DNA of 64,000 nt from Chloroflexota bacterium (GTDB taxonomy: Bacteria > Chloroflexota > Limnocylindria > Limnocylindrales > CSP1-4): assembly GCA_003141455.1 (NCBI GenBank), contig PLMA01000067.1:17340-81339 (forward strand), read 5' to 3'. The translations under genes were made by a program, and so were the position numbers. This document shows, piece by piece, positions 59,935-64,000 of this stretch (its first letter is position 1; each line of letters begins with the position of its first letter). The notes under the pieces were generated by a model. It worked only from the letters and a program-made list of their open reading frames with translations. It was not told the origin of the DNA and searched no databases.

Positions 59935-61155
59935 TCAGACGCTATCCGCCTGGCTCGCAGCGGGGTCTGACACCGGAACCGTCAGGGCGGCACGCCGGCG
60001 GGCCCTGAATAGGACGATCGCGCCGAAGGCAAGGGCAGTGGCGACCATGCTGGCCAGCACCAGCTTTGTCATCGCCTCCGGGCCGGCCCGTTCCATGAAC
60101 AGTCCCGTCAGCCCGGGCAGCACCATGCCGCCGATGCTGTCGCCGAGCATGATCACCGCGCCGAGGCGGGCCGTCAGGTGAATTGACTGGACCGCAAGGT
60201 TGTAGCCGCTCGGCCATATCGGAGCCATGGAGAACCCAACACCGGCCGCCGAAAGCCACATGACCTCGGGCGTGGTCGGGAAGACGACGAGCAAGGCGAG
60301 GAACGCGGCAGAGCCGATCAGAGCCGCTACGAGTACGTGAGCGGATGAGAAGCGCACAGCGACCGGGATGGAAATCAGCCGTCCGAGGGTGAAGGCCAGC
60401 CAGAACAGGGAGGTCAGGTAGGCCGCTCGTGCGGCATCCGCCAGTCCAAGCTTCACCGCGTACGTGTACAGCCAGCCACCGAATGTGATCTCGGCGCTGA
60501 CGTAGAAGAAGAGGAAAAGCATCGCCGCGACCACGATCGGCGCCAGATAAGACCTTTGATTCCCCGTCGCGCCGGCCTCGCGATGCGCCAACTGCGGAGG
60601 CTGCGGTGGCGATAGCCGGACGAGGACCGCCGCGCCGACCGAGATGTCGAATAGCGCCAGCAGGGTGTACATATCCGAGTAGACCGCGCCCGCACTCAAG
60701 AGCAGCCCCAGGATGAACGGACTGAGGAAGGCGCCCAGCCCGAAGAAGAAATGGAGTGCGTTGACGAAGGGGCCGGCCTTCGCGCCATGTGTCCACTGGA
60801 GGAGCGTGTTCGCGCCGGTGCCGACTACGCCGCCGGCGATGCCCTTGACCACGAAGAGCGCCAGCAGGAGCACATACCATCGGACATGCGGGGCGAGGAA
60901 GAGCAGCGACCCAGAGAGGATCTGAGCGCCTCCCAGTACTAGACGGCCCGAGGTTCTGTCCAGGGTCCAGCCCCCCAGGAGTGTGCCCAGCGAGACGCCG
61001 CCGGCTCCCAGGAAGAAGATCAGGCCGATCTCGCCCAGGGTGCTGCCTGTCTGTCCGGCCAGATTGTGCAGGGTTGGCCCGATCACCGACATGTCCAGTC
61101 CCAGGCACAAGAACAGGGCGAAATACCCGACGGACCGCCGAAACGCGAGGGGCAT
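59935..61155 (-). CDS. MFS transporter
   Basis: Minus strand, 406 aa, 12 hydrophobic helices with an MFS-like pattern (…LDRTSGRLVLG…). No competing plus-strand gene. Confidence 0.75.
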   Translation of the reverse strand: MPLAFRRSVGYFALFLCLGLDMSVIGPTLHNLAGQTGSTLGEIGLIFFLGAGGVSLGTLLGGWTLDRTSGRLVLGGAQILSGSLLFLAPHVRWYVLLLALFVVKGIAGGVVGTGANTLLQWTHGAKAGPFVNALHFFFGLGAFLSPFILGLLLSAGAVYSDMYTLLALFDISVGAAVLVRLSPPQPPQLAHREAGATGNQRSYLAPIVVAAMLFLFFYVSAEITFGGWLYTYAVKLGLADAARAAYLTSLFWLAFTLGRLISIPVAVRFSSAHVLVAALIGSAAFLALLVVFPTTPEVMWLSAAGVGFSMAPIWPSGYNLAVQSIHLTARLGAVIMLGDSIGGMVLPGLTGLFMERAGPEAMTKLVLASMVATALAFGAIVLFRARRRAALTVPVSDPAASQADSV

Positions 61156-61308
61156 TCAGTCCTCCGAATTGGAACGTGGAAGGGTAACGACGATCGCCGC
61201 GACCGGAGACGCCGCGGCAGCGGCGTCAGCGCCATATTGGCATCGCTGGAACTACCCGGCTTGCCGGAGCCGGCCTACTATCCGCTCTCCAGGCCACCCG
61301 GCGGGGGT

Positions 61309-61338
61309 TTGCCGCTCGTGGAATCCCTGTGCTATAGT
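61309..61338 (+). promoter_or_regulatory. candidate sigma-70-type promoter for infC–rpmI–rplT
   Basis: TTGCCG (−35), an 18-nt spacer, then TGcTATAGT (extended −10) about 90–110 nt upstream of infC. This stands out in otherwise 70% GC sequence. Confidence 0.45.
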
Positions 61339-61426
61339 CCCGCGGGCGACCGCCCGGCGCATCAGCGCGCCGAGTTGGGCCGCTCGTCTGCTTTCGGAGT
61401 CAGAATCCCGAATAGCCGGCAACTGG

Positions 61427-62131
61427 ATCACAGAGAAGGGATTCGCCATTAGCCGAGACCTGCGCATCAATCAGATGATCCGCGTCCTCGACGTTAGGGT
61501 CGTCGATGAAGACGGTAGCCAGCTGGGTGTCATGCGAACGGCCGACGCTCTGCGGCTTGCGCAGGAGCGAGGGCTCGACCTGGTCGAGGTTGCACCTCTG
61601 GCCAGCCCCCCGGTGGCGCGCCTCCTCGACTTCGGCCAGTACAAGTACGAGCTGACCAAACGCGAGAAGGAAGCCAAGCGAAAGCAGCGCTCGATTACCT
61701 TCAAGGAAGTCAGGCTCAAGCCGAAGATCGGCGTCGGCGATTTCGACACAAAGGTAAGGCGGGCGATCGAGTTCCTGGAGGATGGCGACCGCGTCAAGAT
61801 CGCAGTCCAATTCCGGGGACGGGAACTGACCCATCCACAGATCGGGCGCGATCTTCTGGATAAGTTTGCGGATCAAATCAAGGAACATGGCGTGGTCGAG
61901 CGGGCTCCGCTGCTCGAGGGAAAGTCGATGCACATCAGCGTCGCCTCCACCCACAAACCGAAGCAGCACGAGCCAACTCCTGCCGCCGCGGCTAAGAGCC
62001 ACGCTAGAACGGTTGAAGATGCGGCACCCGAAGACGGGGCCGCGCAAGAAGATACGAACGAGTCGCCGCCGGCTCCACCGGCTGCGCCGAGACCCGAGCC
62101 GGATACCGGCTCGGCGTCGACTGGAGTGTGA
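61427..62131 (+). CDS. infC: translation initiation factor IF-3 (non-AUG start)
   Basis: RINQMIRVLDVRVVDEDGSQLGV…KQRSITFKEVRLKPKIGVGDFDTK matches IF-3. No in-frame ATG/GTG/TTG lies at the expected N-terminus. The likely start is ATC 61427 or ATT 61448 (a GAAGGGA lies 6 nt upstream of the latter). Unusual AUU/AUC starts are a known autoregulatory feature of infC. It has about 60 aa of low-complexity C-terminal tail. Confidence 0.8.
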   Translation: MTEKGFAISRDLRINQMIRVLDVRVVDEDGSQLGVMRTADALRLAQERGLDLVEVAPLASPPVARLLDFGQYKYELTKREKEAKRKQRSITFKEVRLKPKIGVGDFDTKVRRAIEFLEDGDRVKIAVQFRGRELTHPQIGRDLLDKFADQIKEHGVVERAPLLEGKSMHISVASTHKPKQHEPTPAAAAKSHARTVEDAAPEDGAAQEDTNESPPAPPAAPRPEPDTGSASTGV

Positions 62132-62138
62132 GACCGAC

Positions 62139-62342
62139 GTGCCGAAGATGAAGAGCCACAAAGGTGCCCAGAAGCGGATAGGGGTCACCGGCGGTGGCAA
62201 GGCGGTTCGCGTCAAGTCATGGCGCGGCCACCACCTGGAGCTCAAGTCCTCGCGGCGAACTCGCCGCTATGCCGGCAAAGCCATCGTGACCGGGGAGTCC
62301 CTCGATCAGGTACGCCGGCTGCTGCCGTACCTGGGAGCCTGA
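62139..62342 (+). CDS. rpmI: 50S ribosomal protein L35
   Basis: (M)PKMKSHKGAQKRI…; GTG start 7 nt after the infC stop. Confidence 0.85.
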   Translation: MPKMKSHKGAQKRIGVTGGGKAVRVKSWRGHHLELKSSRRTRRYAGKAIVTGESLDQVRRLLPYLGA

Positions 62343-62348
62343 TCGTCG

Positions 62349-62699
62349 ATGGCACGCGTCAAGCGGGGCGTCACCGCCCATCACCGTCACAAGCGCCTAC
62401 TCGACAGGGCGGAGGGCCGCGAAGGCACCAACTCGCGCCTCATCAGGCGAGCGCACGAGTCGGAGCTCCACTCGCTGGCCTACGCGACACGAGATCGCAA
62501 GCAGCGCAAGCGCCAGATGCGCCAGCTTTGGATCATTCGCATCAACGCCGCCGCTCGGCTGAACGGCCTTTCCTACGCCAAGTTCATCGCGGGACTCAAG
62601 ACCGCCCGGATCGAGCTCGATCGCAAGATCCTTGCGGACCTGGCTATTCGGGACGCGGCCGCCTTCGCCCGGGTCGCCGCCATCGCCGGCAAGGCCTAG
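62349..62699 (+). CDS. rplT: 50S ribosomal protein L20
   Basis: [18 protein letters not shown]…; 116 aa. Confidence 0.92.
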   Translation: MARVKRGVTAHHRHKRLLDRAEGREGTNSRLIRRAHESELHSLAYATRDRKQRKRQMRQLWIIRINAAARLNGLSYAKFIAGLKTARIELDRKILADLAIRDAAAFARVAAIAGKA

Positions 62700-62786
62700 G
62701 ACACGGGCGACCGGCGGCGGCTCTTCCGGTCACCGACGGCCGCAATCCGGCCGGGACCGCGGGGTAGGGAAGCGGGGCGGCACCAC

Positions 62787-62837
62787 GAACCCTCGAATCG
62801 TCTGCACGCCCGATGGGACGCGCACGGTCGAGGGTTC
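62787..62837 (+). terminator. long perfect hairpin (10-bp stem GAACCCTCGA/TCGAGGGTTC, 31-nt loop) between rplT and pheS
   Basis: A perfect inverted repeat is visible in the sequence. It is followed by TCTAGATTCAC, a weak U-tract. It is either the operon terminator or an attenuator of pheST. Confidence 0.4.
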
Positions 62838-62894
62838 TAGATTCACAGCGGACGGAATGGCGGGCCAGACCCGCACCTCACGAGGAACCGAGGC

Positions 62895-63932
62895 GTGGAC
62901 TTCGAAAGCCTGAGCGCAGATCTCAGGGCTCTGCAGCAACGAGCGCTGGACGAGGCCGCCGCGGCACCGGACCCGGAGTCGCTCGAGCTGCTGCAGATCC
63001 GGTATCTGAGCAAGAAGGGCGAGATCACCACGGTGCTGCGCGGCATCGGCGCGCTGCCCGCGGAGGACCGTCCGCGCGTAGGGGCTATTGCCAACGCGGT
63101 CAGCGAGGCGGTCAAGGCCGCGCTGGCGGCCCGCGAAGCCGAGTTGCATGCCGAGGTTCAGACATTCCGCCTCGCCGGGGAGCGAGTCGACGTGACGCTG
63201 CCGGGACGGCCCCGTTCGCGTGGCACGCTCCATCCCATCCCCGAGACGATGGCCGCGATCGCCGAAGTCTTCGGCCGGTTCGGCTTCGTGGTCTATGAGG
63301 GGCCCGAGGTCGAGGATGACCTCACCAACTTCCAGATGCTCAACATGCCGCCGGACCATCCGGCTCGGGACCTGTGGGACACGCTCTACGTCGACATTCC
63401 TGGCCGCCTGCTGCGGACTCACACCAGCCCCGGCCAGATGCGCGTGATGCAATCGACCAAACCGCCGATCCGCGCCCTCCTGCCGGGCCGTTGCTTTCGC
63501 TACGAGGCTGTCGACGCCAGCCATGGTTTCGAGTTCTTCCAGGTCGAAGGCTTGATGGTCGACGAGGGAACTTCCCTGGCGGACCTCAAAGGCCTCCTGG
63601 ACGAATTCGCCCACGCGTTGTTCGGACCACGCAAGACCCGCTTCCGTCCCGGCTATTACCCGTTCACCGAGCCGTCGGTCGCCTTCGACGTCGAGTGCGT
63701 GGTCTGCGACGGGGTCGGTTGCCCGGCCTGTTCCAGGTCGGGTTGGATGACCATTCTGGGAGCGGGCATGGTCCATCCCGTAGTGCTCCAGTACGGCGGC
63801 ATCGATCCCGAGCGCTACCAGGGCTTCGCCTTCGGAATGGGCGTCGAACGCATCGCCAACCTGCGTCACGCGGTGCCGGACCTGCGGTACTACCTCGAGA
63901 ACGATCTGCGGTTCCTGGAGCAGTTCCGATGA
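62895..63932 (+). CDS. pheS: phenylalanine--tRNA ligase alpha subunit
   Basis: Class II core …FRYEAVDASHGFEFFQVEGLMVDEG…FTEPS…; GTG start; 345 aa. Confidence 0.92.
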   Translation: MDFESLSADLRALQQRALDEAAAAPDPESLELLQIRYLSKKGEITTVLRGIGALPAEDRPRVGAIANAVSEAVKAALAAREAELHAEVQTFRLAGERVDVTLPGRPRSRGTLHPIPETMAAIAEVFGRFGFVVYEGPEVEDDLTNFQMLNMPPDHPARDLWDTLYVDIPGRLLRTHTSPGQMRVMQSTKPPIRALLPGRCFRYEAVDASHGFEFFQVEGLMVDEGTSLADLKGLLDEFAHALFGPRKTRFRPGYYPFTEPSVAFDVECVVCDGVGCPACSRSGWMTILGAGMVHPVVLQYGGIDPERYQGFAFGMGVERIANLRHAVPDLRYYLENDLRFLEQFR

Positions 63933-64000
63933 GAGTCCCTCTCGCATGGCTGCGCGAGTACGTCGACGTCCAGCTGACGCCTGAGCAGCTAGCCGAGCGC
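63929..64000 (+). CDS. pheT: phenylalanine--tRNA ligase beta subunit (5' fragment, runs off the window)
   Basis: MRVPLAWLREYVDVQLTPEQLAER matches the PheT N-terminus. The ATG overlaps the pheS stop (ATGA). Confidence 0.8.
   Translation, partial: MRVPLAWLREYVDVQLTPEQLAER

Noticed and set aside
1-64000. CRISPR arrays, transposases, IS elements, prophage genes
   Set aside because: No regularly spaced direct repeats, no DDE/HUH transposase or integrase-like ORFs (other than XerD) and no terminal inverted repeats were noticed on reading through the window.

Overview
This window is a very G+C-rich bacterial chromosomal segment; I judge the G+C content at about 70% by eye and did not compute it. 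It is almost entirely coding, and all but two genes lie on the + strand. Gene content and order resemble the conserved housekeeping neighbourhoods of Firmicutes and other Terrabacteria rather than Proteobacteria. Examples are a cysteine desulfurase–mnmA pair, alaS…ruvX–mltG, efp, xseA–xseB–dxs–tlyA–nadK–recN–xerD, scpA–scpB–rluB–cmk–plsC, ispH–der, nrdR–dcd, thrS behind a T-box leader, and infC–rpmI–rplT–pheS–pheT. Adjacent genes frequently overlap at their stop and start codons (ATGA, GTGA or TGATG junctions). Many housekeeping proteins carry Arg/Gly/Pro/Ser-rich extensions.

Three tRNA genes are present: Pro-GGG, Arg-CCT and Val-GAC. No CRISPR array, transposase or phage integrase is visible.

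The stretch between tRNA-Arg (39.9 kb) and tRNA-Val (57.3 kb) is accessory-like. It holds a divergent Fur-family regulator with palindromic candidate operators, a NikMN/CbiMN–CbiQ–CbiO ECF metal transporter whose ATPase has a His-rich tail, a multi-GAF diguanylate cyclase, an orphan family-5 solute-binding protein coupled to an MA-clan metallopeptidase, a tightly coupled DUF951–MFS–processive GT2 (QxxRW) module, and a secreted protein / PepSY protein / lipoprotein set.

The most unusual element is an FtsA-like actin-fold ATPase followed, where ftsZ would normally sit, by a 575-aa bitopic membrane protein of unknown family with a Pro/Ser-rich tail. This pair is inserted into the conserved alaS–ruvX–mltG block.

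Most long minus-strand ORFs in the supplied track are antisense shadows typical of high-GC DNA and were rejected.
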